DNA of 64,000 nucleotides, from assembly GCA_963797555.1 (NCBI GenBank), contig CAWCPV010000004.1, positions 640,001 through 704,000 on the forward strand, read 5' to 3'. Position 1 is the stretch's first letter. Every line of letters begins with the position of its first letter. The position numbers and the translations under genes are program-made. The notes beneath the pieces were generated by a model. It saw only the letters and a program-made list of their open reading frames with translations. It made no database searches and had not been told where the DNA came from. The stretch comes from an uncultured Gammaproteobacteria bacterium. Its GTDB lineage: Bacteria > Pseudomonadota > Gammaproteobacteria > CAWCPV01. Below, in pieces: positions 1 to 9,956 of the stretch.

Positions 1-290
1 GCGGCTCAAGGAAGCACACAGAGTCGGTGCCCTCGGCCGTCGACCCGCTCTCCGCCAGGGGCTGAGGGTCGCTGCTCCGCGAACAGCGATGCGTAGTAAT
101 TCCAACGCTCTACGGTGCAGGGAATCCGGTCCTGGCGTTCCGAGCTGTCAAGGCTTCCGTGAGTGGGACGGGTCGGAAGGGCCGGCTTGGGTGCCGACCT
201 TCACGATGCCCGGTGCGAGAACGCGTGGTGCAGACCCGACGGGCGGCGAAACCTAGCCCGCTACGCGGGCTGGCACAACAGGCTCAATAT

Positions 291-334
291 ATCGAGTCCG
301 ACCCCGAGAGCCGCATATCGTGTCTGACCCCATT
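291..334. repeat. Orphan ends of type-A Y1/RAYT-like element
   Basis: ATCGTGTCTGACCCC (317-331) matches the element IR at 14278. A variant, ATCGAGTCCGACCCC, lies at 291-305. Confidence 0.7.
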
Positions 335-381
335 AGTCGCACCTGCACCTGGAAAGGCGACGAAGACTTGGCAGGAAGCAT
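334..381 (-). pseudogene. intI: Probable 5' stub of an integron integrase, cut off by a Y1-element end
   Basis: ATG at 381(-) with an AAGGGA RBS reads MLPAKSSSPFQVQVR, resembling IntI N-termini (SPFL.QVR). It is divergent from attI/cassettes, has a LexA box upstream, and runs directly into AATGGGGTCAGACACGAT. Confidence 0.5.
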
Positions 382-398
382 GGCGGCATCCCTTGTGG

Positions 399-443
399 CT
401 GTATGGATACCCAGTATATAGAACTTTTGGAGAACTTTTTCAA
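399..443 (-). promoter_or_regulatory. LexA (SOS) box overlapping a sigma70-like promoter of the intI stub
   Basis: CTGTATGGATACCCAG (CTG-N10-CAG) at 399-414. On the minus strand, TATACT/TATATA -10 at about 413-420 and TTGAAA -35 at 438-443. Confidence 0.65.
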
Positions 444-660
444 GGATAGACGGACGATGTCCGCCTATCCCCCGAACGGATGCCTGCCGTCCCCGGCCCC
501 GTCAGTCATCGAGTATGATGCAAGTGGCTGTTCGTCCGAGCGAACGACGCCGTCCGAGGTGACCCGCATGGTCCAGCGGCTCGGGGCACGGGCTTGCGGG
601 ATAGGCGGACAATGTCCGTGTTTAAACACGGACAACGTCCGTCTACTCATATGTTAGCGC
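444..660 (+). other. Putative attI region with core site GTTAGCGC (653-660)
   Basis: GTTAGCGC is the exact complement of the first cassette's reconstructed R'' GCGCTAAC, with no attC hairpin upstream. Three CGGAC-NNN-GTCCG palindromes lie at 451, 606 and 629. Confidence 0.6.
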
Positions 661-1534
661 CCAGGTGGAACCCAATTGCAAGAGGAGAAGATAAGATGCC
701 TACTGAAACGGAAATTACAGCAGTTGCCGAGATGGAACTAAAAGCTCTGTTGACGGAGCTATCTGAAGGAGAGCTGATTGCGTTAGAGCTTGAAGTAGTT
801 GAGGATGCAATCAAAGATCCGATATTCCAGGTTAGTGATTGTCAAGTTGAGGTTTCGAGCGCCACTGAAGAAGAGCTGCTCTCCCTAAGATCTCAACTTG
901 AGCAAACAGGCCTTGCCCCTGACAAATCAGACGGCTTCATCAAGGGACTTGCCAAGCGTTTCGGAGGCAAGTATGCAGACGTTCTCGGCTTTAGACCAAT
1001 TCCTCCAGGGGAAAGCAATCCGGACCTATCGTCGATTGACATGCTCTTTGGTCGCGTGCACATGCCTACCGTAAAGGGGTTTACTACCAAACTGACTATT
1101 GAGCGAGAACAAGAAAAAGAGACCGATATAAGCATCAAGATTAACGGTTTCGGGGCAGGTGGCAGCAAATCATTTGCTTGCAAAATAAGTCAATCTCAAA
1201 CAATTAGCGCAATTCCGGTTAATCTAGTAATTCCTGTATCTGTTAAGATCGACAGGTTTGAGAATTCGGCAGGAGATTATTTCTATATATGCTATCCGGT
1301 GAACATTAGCCGAAATGTCGTCGCAAGGCGGACCAAGAATCAGTATGACTCGGAAGATGGATACAAAGAGCTCAGCAAGCTCCCTGGAATTCTGGATCGT
1401 TATGATACCACCGTACTATCCGAGCCGCAGCCGGTATCAGAGGTAACCGTTCAGACCCTCCCACCAGTTGATCGATGCGTTAAGAGCGCGTCCAGCGCAG
1501 CAGAGCCGCTCGGCTTGTCGTACACTCCCGGCTC

Positions 1535-2262
1535 ATGGATCAAGAGCCCTCTATTCCGCAGGCGCGCAGGCGATCACGGCGAGCGGCCGGAGCTTTACCG
1601 AAGAGGAGATCTCCGCCATCGTCCGAATGGTGTCGATGTGCGTGGGCCTGAGTCGTTTTGAGCTGGCGCAGACCATCTGTGAGCTGCTGGGGTGGAGACG
1701 GGACAACGGAGCCCTGAAGTCCCGCGAGTGTCGGGATCTACTGGAGCGGTTGGAAGCTCGGGGGGATCTGGGGCTTCCCGCCAAGCGCACGGGCAGGCCC
1801 AAGGGGCGGCGCACCTGCACTGCGCAGACCGATCGGGGCGAACGCCGCGGCGAGATTGCCGGTGCGCTGCAGGAGGTGGCCCCGGTGGAGCTTCAGTTAG
1901 TGCGCCAGGCCGAGGGACGGGCATTTGTGGCGCGAGCTTCTCGCGCGCTATCACTACTTGGGCTATGCCACACCCTTTGGGGCCCAGTTGGTCTATCTCA
2001 TCCGCTCCCAGCGCCGGGAGGGGGAGGTGTTGGGCGGGCTCACCTACACCAGCCCGGCCTGGCGCATGCAGGCCCGCGATGCGTGGATCGGCTGCGCTTT
2101 GCCGGGACCTGCTACCGGGCGGCCAACTGGTGCGAGGTGGGCGAGACCAGCGGACGCGGGCGCATGGACCGTGCGCACCAACGCCATGGCAGAGCGATAA
2201 AGCGGGTCTTCCTCTACGCTCTGCACCCGCAGGCCAGAGAGCGCCTGCGCGGTGAGCGCTGA
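1535..2262 (+). pseudogene. DUF4338 (DruA-like) passenger gene, internally deleted and frameshifted
   Basis: Motifs ICELLGWR, YHYLGY, RDAWIG and GTCYRAANW..VGETSGRGR are spread across frames. Confidence 0.75.
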
Positions 2263-2264
2263 AC

Positions 2265-3879
2265 TCAAGCGGGCGCAGGAAGCGGCGGTGCCTCAAAGCC
2301 GCGGCGTCGGTGGGCGAGGACATCTCTGAGATAGCACAGCGGGGAGCTCAATCGCAGCCGAGAAGTCTCGATCACACTGGCGAGCAGCGCCAGCGCCCGG
2401 CTGCCTTGTTCGCTGCGGGTCCCCTGGCTGATGCGACGCAGAATCACCCAGTGACGCAGCGCCCGCTCCGCCACGTTGTTGGTCAGCGGCAGCTGAGGCT
2501 CATCCAACACCCGGAAGATCGCCCCCCAGTCGTTGAGCAGCTCCTTGCCCAGCGCCTGGGCCTTGTCATAAGGGCAGCAGCTCATGCGTTCACACAGGGC
2601 CGTGAGCTCGTTGAGTCTCGCCCGGGTGGGCTTGCCGCAGGGAGCCGCCCGGTCCCTCGCGGGCGTGATAGACGGCCTGCATCAGCGCATCGAGCAGGTC
2701 ATAGACCGCCTGGCCGTAGCCCTGGAGGGTGGGCGAGAGGCAATCCCTCAGGCCCCGGGCCTTGCGAATGAGATGCGCCCAGCAACGCAGGCGCTTGGCA
2801 TAGTCCCGATAGACCTGGTACCCATCGCTCATCAGATAGCCGCAGAAGAGATCCTCGATGAGGTTCTGAAACATCTCTTTGGCGCGAGAGCCGACCAAGA
2901 ACAGCGCCGTCGAGGCCGAGATGAACACCCATAACCACAAGGGCTCTCCCCATTGCTTGTGCGGTGTCTCATCGGCATGCATGAGGGCCGCTTCCAGCAA
3001 CTGGGTCACCAGCTCATCCTCGACCGGCTCGCAGGCACGGGCGGTCTCCATCACGCATTGGTGGAGGGTGCCGATGCCGAGCGCCAGCCCAAACACCTCG
3101 TGCAGGAACTCCCGGACCAGGCGGATGGACAGGCGCATCCGAAACCGCAGCCAGACGATGAAGGCGCACAATCCCGGCCCCACCAGGCGCCACTCGCCAA
3201 GCTCCACCCCTCGCCAGCATCCCAAGTGCTCGGGCGCGCGGTGCGGCGCCTGCCGGGTCTCATGACCACAGTCGCAACGGCTCTGGTAGTATACCTGCCG
3301 CGTGCAGGTCAGGCGCAGCCCCGGCGCCTGCTCATCGCCAAAGACCAAGTCCAGCCTATCAAAGGCGGTGTAGGGCTTCGCCTGCTCAGGATTGAGCGCC
3401 CCACCACACAGCGCACAACTTCCCGGCCGATGATGGTCCCAATCGGTGACTGTCAGCTTCTGGGCGCGCCCGAATCCCTGGGAGCCAGGCTGCCGGCCCG
3501 CTCGGCGCTGCGTCCCTGAGGTCTTGCCACTCGTGTCCTTTGCGCCCTTCTGGCCGCCAGCCCCGGGGAGGCCATCCTCCTCAGAACGGCTCTTGGCCTC
3601 CTCGTCCTCAGGACCGGCGTCGGCCTCTTCGTCCTCCCGCGCACGCAGCCAGGGGTCTTGACTGCTCGGCGGACGAGAGCTATTGGAGGGACTCTGATTG
3701 AGCCGCTCCCACGCTTCCTTGAGATCCTGCAGCAGGCGGATGCTCAGCGCTGCCAGCGCATCGGGATCCTTCTGCCTCAGCTCCAGAATGCGCTCCTCGC
3801 TGAGCTGACGAAGGTCGTGCTCCTTGAGCACCATGATTGTGTGTGACAGTGAGGTCGAGGAACATCCTGCCAAGGGCAC
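2265..3879 (-). pseudogene. IS66 transposase (TnpC-like), +1 frameshift near 2616
   Basis: Motifs NSSRPPS, zinc finger, HADET, SDGY, CWAHL.RK and TNNVAERALR. There is one extra T relative to the intact copy 2. Confidence 0.9.
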
Positions 3880-4175
3880 CCAACTGTCTCACGCTGGAAC
3901 CGTTTTGTCCAGCCCTCCGGGTCAAAATATTCCAGGGGGGTGAACGGTTACTATCAGAGTGGTTAAAAGAATCTACAAAAATAGATTTAAGCGCGGACAT
4001 TGGCTCGCTTCTTGGCATACCTGGAGTAGTTAGAGTTTCTGGTGTGGCAACGGTAAGAAATACGCTGCAAGTTTCATACTCGTTGCCTGTTGGTCATGAG
4101 TTTGCGTCGCATGTCCAGAATGAAAAGTATTTCAAACATATCTGGGCAACTAAATACTAGCTTGGAAACGCGCTA

Positions 4176-6105
4176 ATCGGGTAGCCGGGGGTGTTTAACC
4201 CCCAGCCCCCACACCACCACGGCATGCGGGTCCGCACCGGGCGGTTCACAAAAGCGGAGCACCCGACGACATCAAGCATAGCCATGGGCACGGAGCCACA
4301 AAGCGCGTACCGATATCAAGCCCTGGCGTTCCAGCCAGTCGTTGGTCATCCCGGTCTGTGTGGCCAGCGTCTTCGACAGGTGCCAGTAGCTTTGGGAGCT
4401 GAGCGCCGTCAGAATCGCATGGCGTTTACCGGTACCCAGGGCCAGGAGATTTCGGACCTTGGTGCGCACCCGACGCCACTGTTTCCAGTAGCACATGCGG
4501 ATGCGCCGCCGCAGCCATGGGTCAATCTCTGGGATGGGACGGTAGTAGTCCGAGATACCGAAGTAGTTCATCCAGCCCCTGACGTAGCGGGTGAGCCGGT
4601 CGAGGCGGTAGTCCATCGAGACTCCCCAGGAGCGCCCGGTCAGTTTCCGGACACGGTGCCTGAAGTCCTCGAAGGCTTGGTCGGACCAGCGCAGCTTGCT
4701 TCCACGGAACGTGAATCCCAGGAATTCCACCGCGTCGGTCTTGACCACCCGGCTCTTGGACTCGTTGACCACCAGCTTGAGGCGGGTGGTCAAGAACCGC
4801 GTGATGCTGGCCTTGACGCGTTCACCGGCGCGCTCGCTTCTGACCAAGATAAGCAGGTCATCGGCGTATCGCGCGAAGCGGTGTCCGCGCCTCTCCAGCT
4901 CCTTGTCGAGGTCGTCCAACAGGATGTTGGCCAGCAACGGCGAGAGCGGCCCGCCCTGAGGCGTGCCGAGTTCCGTTGCCTGGATGCACTCCCCGACCAG
5001 TACGCCCGAGCGCAGGTAGCGGCCTATCAGGGCGAGGAGGCAGGTGTCCTTAACCTTCCTCGCCACCCGGGCCATCAGGACATCGTGGTTCACTTGGTCG
5101 AAGAATTTCTCCAGGTCAAGGTCCACGGCGAACCGATAGCCCTCGCCGATATACCGCTGCACCTGGCGCAATGCTCCATGGGCGCAACGTCCCGGTCGGA
5201 AGCCGAAGCTCGACGCCGAGAAGTCCGGGTCGAACAGCGGCGTGAGGACTTGCCCGATAGCCTGCTGGATCACCCGGTCGAGCACCGTCGGGATACCCAG
5301 CAGCCGTTCGCCCCCATTCGGCTTCGGGATACTCACGCGTCTCACCGGCTGGGGTTGATAGGTGCCATCGAGCAGGGCTTGGCGGATAGCGGACCAGTGC
5401 AGCCGTGCAAACGCCGGGAAGCCCTCAAGGCGCATCCCGTCAACGCCGGGCGCCCCCTGGTTGGCCTTCACCCGCTTCCATGCGCGCTTGAGGTTTGCGC
5501 GGTCCACCACCCGCACCATGAGGTCGTCGTGCAAGGCTGGCTGCGCAAGCACACGCCGGTCAACAACTCCCCCGGACGGGTTCAACATCGAGACCGAGTG
5601 ACTCACGGCTCCTCCTTGTACTCTCGTGTTCGGCCCTTCACCGGAAGTCCCTCCTGGACGCCTCGGCTACTACGGCCTCTGCTGACTTCTGCCCGGTCAC
5701 GCCGCGCGTTGCCGCGGGGCGCGCTGCCGAAGGCGGGCGGTAGGGTCCGGTGGTCGCCCCAGGGCTTTCGCCCTGGACCTCAGTCCGGCTCCCATAGCCC
5801 GATCCGGCCGCAGGCCGGACAGACCTCCCCGAATAAGGACATGGACTATCGGTGCACAACCGCCGCATTTACCCTATCTCCTGTACCCGGTGGGCTTCGT
5901 CATCTTGTGCTGACTCGCCCGGAGACTAAGCCTTCTACGCGGTTTCTGTTCGTCGGCTCGCACCTTTGCGCTCGGGCTTCCTTCAGACCGCCCCTCGCGG
6001 GACCGCCCTTGCCGTCGGCTAGTAGTTGTATCTGTCCCGAGGGACATACCAGGTACTCCTACAGGGGACTCTCACCCCATCAGTCCATGCCCATGCCGGG
6101 CGTAC
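4176..6105 (-). mobile_element. Group IIC-attC intron inserted in the bottom strand of cassette 1 attC
   Basis: 5' end GTACGCCCGGCATGG and 3' end ..GGCTACCCGAT with DV/DVI. Removing the intron rejoins GCGCTA+AC into an attC R'' site (bottom-strand TTGT/TA target). Confidence 0.9.
4272..5606 (-). CDS. ltrA: Group II intron reverse transcriptase/maturase (class C, no En domain)
   Basis: [37 protein letters not shown] and a maturase X domain. Confidence 0.95.
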   Translation of the reverse strand: MSHSVSMLNPSGGVVDRRVLAQPALHDDLMVRVVDRANLKRAWKRVKANQGAPGVDGMRLEGFPAFARLHWSAIRQALLDGTYQPQPVRRVSIPKPNGGERLLGIPTVLDRVIQQAIGQVLTPLFDPDFSASSFGFRPGRCAHGALRQVQRYIGEGYRFAVDLDLEKFFDQVNHDVLMARVARKVKDTCLLALIGRYLRSGVLVGECIQATELGTPQGGPLSPLLANILLDDLDKELERRGHRFARYADDLLILVRSERAGERVKASITRFLTTRLKLVVNESKSRVVKTDAVEFLGFTFRGSKLRWSDQAFEDFRHRVRKLTGRSWGVSMDYRLDRLTRYVRGWMNYFGISDYYRPIPEIDPWLRRRIRMCYWKQWRRVRTKVRNLLALGTGKRHAILTALSSQSYWHLSKTLATQTGMTNDWLERQGLISVRALWLRAHGYA

Positions 6106-6198
6106 ACAATGCGTTGCAGGTAACGTCTGTCCCGCTACGCGTGCCAGACGCACCTGAATACAACCGTTATGTTTTAAAAGGAAGATGAGGACTAGTTG

Positions 6199-7002
6199 AT
6201 GGCTGTGCAAAAAGCATTTCACGAAGGATTTGCACGCTTCTTTGAAGCGCCTTCTCGAGAAGCACTACGTGATCTTTTAAAACACAGTGTGGGCGAAACA
6301 GATCACATTGATTTTAAGGCAGAATTACCGGAAAAGGCTAAGTTAGCAAAGCATTTTCTAGCATTTGCCAATAGTGGAGGCGGAGCCCTTATTGTTGGCG
6401 TTACAGATGGTGAGTTGATGGAGCCAGTTGGTATTTCACAACTTACAGACAAGGCTGATATCCAAAAAATGGTATCGCCATACTTACCGGACTCTCTTCA
6501 ATATGAGGTTTTCGATTTTTCTTTCACTGAATCGGAATACCCAACTATCAAGGGAAAAACATTTCAGGCCATTCTTATTGAATCAAATGACAAAGACCTG
6601 CCGTACGTTTGCAAGCGAAACGGTGATTCGATACGAGAAAATGTTCTTTATGTAAGAAAAGGCACAAATTCAACAGAAGCAAACCATGATGATTTTCAAA
6701 AAGTTATAAATAAGCGCCTAGATACAGGATATTCTTCAACAAGAACACTTAGCCTAGAAGAGCATCTTGAACAGTTAAAATTATTGTATAAAGAAATACC
6801 CAGAACTATAAAGATACCAAAAGAAGGCGCATTCGATCAGCTACATGCGTTCGCGCGCATCGCAGGCGACATGCAGAATTTATTCGGAAAGCTTTACGAA
6901 ACTAAGCCAAATCCTGAATTCCCATCTGAAGACTATGATACGTTTGTACTTAGGCTGATTGATATGAAGAAGGCTCGTATCAAGCAGGAAATTGAGGTAT
7001 GA
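6199..7002 (+). CDS. Cassette 2: AlbA_2/Schlafen-domain protein
   Basis: GETDHIDFK, AFANSGGGALIVGVTD, YVRKGTNST. AT-rich and bounded by GTTATGT/ACATAAC. Confidence 0.85.
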   Translation: MAVQKAFHEGFARFFEAPSREALRDLLKHSVGETDHIDFKAELPEKAKLAKHFLAFANSGGGALIVGVTDGELMEPVGISQLTDKADIQKMVSPYLPDSLQYEVFDFSFTESEYPTIKGKTFQAILIESNDKDLPYVCKRNGDSIRENVLYVRKGTNSTEANHDDFQKVINKRLDTGYSSTRTLSLEEHLEQLKLLYKEIPRTIKIPKEGAFDQLHAFARIAGDMQNLFGKLYETKPNPEFPSEDYDTFVLRLIDMKKARIKQEIEV

Positions 7003-7003
7003 A

Positions 7004-7084
7004 ACATAACAAGGCCGTAAACTCGGACGCATTTTTTGTTTGCTGCGCTCACTACAAATGCGCCGGTTACGGCTGGCGTTGGGC
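7004..7084 (+). repeat. attC site
   Basis: ACATAAC..GCCGTAA..GCATTT/AAATGC..TTACGGC..GTTGGGC. R'' is complementary to the previous core site. Confidence 0.9.
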
Positions 7085-7175
7085 GGCCGCTGGCACCGCC
7101 TCGCTTGATCGACCGCTGGTTGGGGACGACCCTACCCCTCGCCGCTCTGCAAGGAGAAACGGAAGGAGACCTCAC

Positions 7176-8030
7176 ATGAGAGCCAAGCTACAGCCACAAA
7201 TCGCCGTCTTCGCCAGGAACCACCTTCCCTATCTCGATTACGCCACTTCCGTTGCGAGCGATGATTCGGAACGGAAGGTCACATTTCGCAGTCGCAAGGC
7301 GTGGAGCGGCGCGAAACGGGCGCTTGAAGCCCTCGGGCGCCTCCCGGTGTTCTTTGCGGTCGTCGGTCAAGCCGACGTTCGCTATAAGGCGACTCTCCAA
7401 GAGATCCAGCTCAACCCTCGCACTGACGATGTCGATACGCAGCGACTACTGAGACTTGTTCCACCACAAACTGAAGGCGAGGGTCTCTGGGACGAGGCCG
7501 TTCACACACTCTACGTGGTCTCAGGCTGCTATCGTATCGACCAGCCACGGCCACTCTCAAGCCTAAATCTGGCCGACGACGGTTCACCCCTGTCTGAGAA
7601 CTTCAAATACTCATACGCCCTCGTGCGTGACGAAGCCATCGACATTCGGGACAGGCCAGCGCCCGACACGGCGCCACCTCCCGCACGGGTGGACGCTACC
7701 ATATCGCGGATCATTCGGGATACGGCTCTCGTCTGTAGGCTAAAGGCCTTCTACAATGATACGTGCCAATTGTGCGGCACACGGCTCACCCTTCGCAATG
7801 GCCGGGGCTATTCAGAGGGGCATCACCTGCGCCCCCTCGGCGCGCCACACGACGGACCGGACGTAGCCGACAACATTGTCATCGTCTGCCCGAACTGCCA
7901 TGCCCTTCTGGATCGCTGCTCCCTAACACTCGAGACCATTCCGAAATGCCATCCCGACCACCCGATCAGCCAGCTCTACATCAGCTACCACAACGCCCTG
8001 CCGGAACCGGGAGCGCAAGCGATCCGCTGA
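7176..8030 (+). CDS. Cassette 3: HNH endonuclease with an N-terminal accessory domain
   Basis: CQLCG..SEGHHLRPLG..DGPD..NIVIVCPNCHALLD, with a GGAG RBS before ATG 7176. Confidence 0.85.
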   Translation: MRAKLQPQIAVFARNHLPYLDYATSVASDDSERKVTFRSRKAWSGAKRALEALGRLPVFFAVVGQADVRYKATLQEIQLNPRTDDVDTQRLLRLVPPQTEGEGLWDEAVHTLYVVSGCYRIDQPRPLSSLNLADDGSPLSENFKYSYALVRDEAIDIRDRPAPDTAPPPARVDATISRIIRDTALVCRLKAFYNDTCQLCGTRLTLRNGRGYSEGHHLRPLGAPHDGPDVADNIVIVCPNCHALLDRCSLTLETIPKCHPDHPISQLYISYHNALPEPGAQAIR

Positions 8031-8041
8031 AGCAAAGGGCC

Positions 8042-8099
8042 GCCCAACAACCGCTTGCACCGGACTCGCTTCGCTCGCCGGTGAAGCGAGGCGTTCGGC
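8042..8099 (+). repeat. attC site (58 bp)
   Basis: GCCCAAC..CGCTTGCACCGG..CCGGTGAAGCG..GTTCGGC. Confidence 0.92.
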
Positions 8100-8128
8100 G
8101 TCACATGCAACGATGAGGTTCGCTCCGA

Positions 8129-9016
8129 ATGTCCGTTAAGAATCGCATCCTCCAAGAACAGCGGGATTGGGCTACCGCGTTGGATCTGGAAGTCGATTCC
8201 AGAGGCTACCTCAGTAGCTATCAACTCAATCTCTTTCGGCCGCTGAATCAGAAATCGCTGGAGGCCTTTAACCGTGGTAGTGGTTCGGAGTTGAAGGACA
8301 CGCCGAGGAAACCGGCCAAGATGCGGGCGCTTCATTCATCTTCGGCATTGGCCGTGAACGTCTTTGATACATGGATGGATAGAAACGCCTCGCCGCTGCT
8401 GTCTGTCCTGAACTTGGAGCCGGGGGAAGTGGATGTTCATTTCGAAGAGCAATATCCCACCGGGCTTCCTGGCAATCCACCAAACCTCGATGTCGTGCTG
8501 AGGAGGTCCGGCGGTCACGTCATCGCCATAGAAAGCAAGTTTACAGAGTGGCTAACGCCGAAAGCCAAAAAGGCGCCCCCGCTCAAGGACAAATACTTTC
8601 CGAAAGGTGCCGGTGTCTGGGAGCAAGTCGGCCTTCCCAGGAAACAGCAATTTGCGGCGGCGCTCCACGCTGGAGAGGTCGTCTTCCGTCATCTGGATGC
8701 ACCGCAGCTCATTAAGCATAGTCTCGGCCTAGCCACACACTTGGGCCGCGACTTCTCGCTTCTGTATGTGTTCTATGATGCCGATGGTGTCGAAGGGGAA
8801 GTGCATCGGTCTGAGATCTCTATATTCGCAGCTCAGGTCGGTTCCGAGTTCGGATTTCAAGCCATTTCCTACCAGCAGGTGTTCCCCGAATTGGCGGCGC
8901 GACATGACGCACCCGAGGAATATCTCAGCTATCTGAAGGCGAGGTATTTCTCAGGAGACGCCGAACAACGCGTTGCAGGTGACGTTTGGCCCACTGCGCG
9001 CGCCAGCCGCGCCTGA
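8129..9016 (+). CDS. Cassette 4: PD-(D/E)xK restriction-endonuclease-like protein (PGN_0703-like)
   Basis: HSSSALAVNVF, FEEQ..PPNLDV..IAIESKFTE, and QLIKH motifs. Confidence 0.75.
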   Translation: MSVKNRILQEQRDWATALDLEVDSRGYLSSYQLNLFRPLNQKSLEAFNRGSGSELKDTPRKPAKMRALHSSSALAVNVFDTWMDRNASPLLSVLNLEPGEVDVHFEEQYPTGLPGNPPNLDVVLRRSGGHVIAIESKFTEWLTPKAKKAPPLKDKYFPKGAGVWEQVGLPRKQQFAAALHAGEVVFRHLDAPQLIKHSLGLATHLGRDFSLLYVFYDADGVEGEVHRSEISIFAAQVGSEFGFQAISYQQVFPELAARHDAPEEYLSYLKARYFSGDAEQRVAGDVWPTARASRA

Positions 9017-9031
9017 ACGCAGGCGTTCGGC
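8960..9031 (+). repeat. attC site overlapping the 3' end of cassette 4 ORF
   Basis: GCCGAAC..GCGTTGCAGG..CCTGAACGC..GTTCGGC. Confidence 0.88.
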
Positions 9032-9055
9032 GTCTTAGTGTTAGAGAAGCGCAAT

Positions 9056-9370
9056 GGGGTCAGACATGATAATCTGTGCTATGCTTCGTGCAGTCACTTC
9101 ACGACCTGAACCGCCATGGCCCGCCTTCCCCGCTACGTCATCCCTGGGCAGCCGCAGCATATCATCCAGCGCGGCAACAACCGCCAGGTGATCTTTGCCG
9201 CGGATGCGGACTATCAGTTTTTTCGCGATGCCCTGGTGGAAGCGGCAAGTGAGCATGGTCTGTCGATCCACGCGTATGTCTGGATGACCAACCACATCCA
9301 TCTTCGGGCCACACCTGAAGGCGACCACAGCATCAGCAAAGTGCTCCAGTCAGTGGGTCGGCGTTATGTG
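9056..9370 (+). mobile_element. Type-A Y1/RAYT-like element, truncated (transposase 5' part from 9116)
   Basis: Left end GGGGTCAGACATGAT. MARLPR..HIIQRGNNRQ..MTNHIHL (HUH) is nearly identical to 13581. Confidence 0.85.
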
Positions 9371-9396
9371 GGAATGTGGAATGGGGTGTGGAATGG

Positions 9397-9950
9397 GTAG
9401 AGTAGAGGGCAGGTGTCCGAGACCGTAGGCTGGGCCTATCTGTTTCCGCCCCTTTCGTCTGGCGGTGCCTCAAGAGCCCATCCGTAGCCGCAGTAGCCAG
9501 CCCCCTCTCATCAAACCGTGCATACGGTTTTCCCGTACACGTTCCGATGCTCTTCACGCCAGGGCATGCGCCGTGCGCCAGGGTGCCGTCGTCGCCAGCT
9601 TGAAGAGTCCATAACGGGCAGGTGCTCTCCGGACGGGAAAGCGCCGGTACGCCTGCGCCCGGCTGAGGAGCTTGTGGCGCCGACGCAGATGAGTACGTAC
9701 CCGCTCTTCCACGTGCAGCTTCACCTTGGACAGTGCCTGAGTGCAGTTGCGGTGGTGAAAGTAGTGGCTCCAGCCCCGCAGGCTCCGGTTCAGCTCCCCG
9801 ATGATCTGGGGCATCGGCACCGGGGTCCGCCGTCGAGGAGTCAACTGCTTGGCACGGTCTTTGATGCGCTGCACCGAGCGCTTCGACGGTTCCACATGCG
9901 GGTAGCGTTTGCCGCTGTGGCGACTGCGCCGCAGGCGGAAGCTGAAGCCG
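9397..9950 (-). mobile_element. 3' fragment of a second group II intron (RT C-terminus, DV, long DVI)
   Basis: DV CGTGTACGGGAAAACCGTATGCACGGTTTG, end CTCTACTCTAC, and maturase remnant LRGWSHYF. Confidence 0.85.
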
Positions 9951-9956
9951 CCAGCC

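Larger units (their letters stand above)
1443..3951. mobile_element. IS66-family element, copy 1 (2509 bp)
   Basis: IRs GTAACCGTTCA/TGAACGGTTAC and 8-bp TSD TATCAGAG (1435-1442, 3952-3959). Near-identical to 49784-52282. Confidence 0.95.
696..4160 (+). pseudogene. Cassette 1: 315-aa hypothetical protein split by an IS66-family insertion
   Basis: AGGAG RBS and ATG at 696. Removing 1443-3951 plus one TATCAGAG copy restores the frame (..QPVSE/WLKEST..KY*). Lower GC than the flanks. Confidence 0.8.
4170..6172 (+). repeat. attC of cassette 1 (split: 4170-4175 and 6106-6172)
   Basis: GCGCTAAC..TGCAGGT..CGTCTG/CAGACG..ACCTGAA..GTTATGT imperfect palindrome. Confidence 0.85.

Noticed and set aside
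1535-2262. Druantia defence system
   Set aside because: Only a broken DUF4338 inside an IS; no druE or other dru genes.
4272-5606. Retron or DGR reverse transcriptase
   Set aside because: It has a maturase domain, intron ends and DV/DVI, and no msr/msd or TR/VR pair was seen.
4191-6188. 665-aa plus-strand ORF
   Set aside because: Antisense shadow of the intron RT and ribozyme.
7004-9031. Spaced palindromic repeats as a CRISPR array
   Set aside because: Spacers are whole genes and the repeats have RYYYAAC/GTTRRRY-type ends, so they are attC sites. No cas genes are present.
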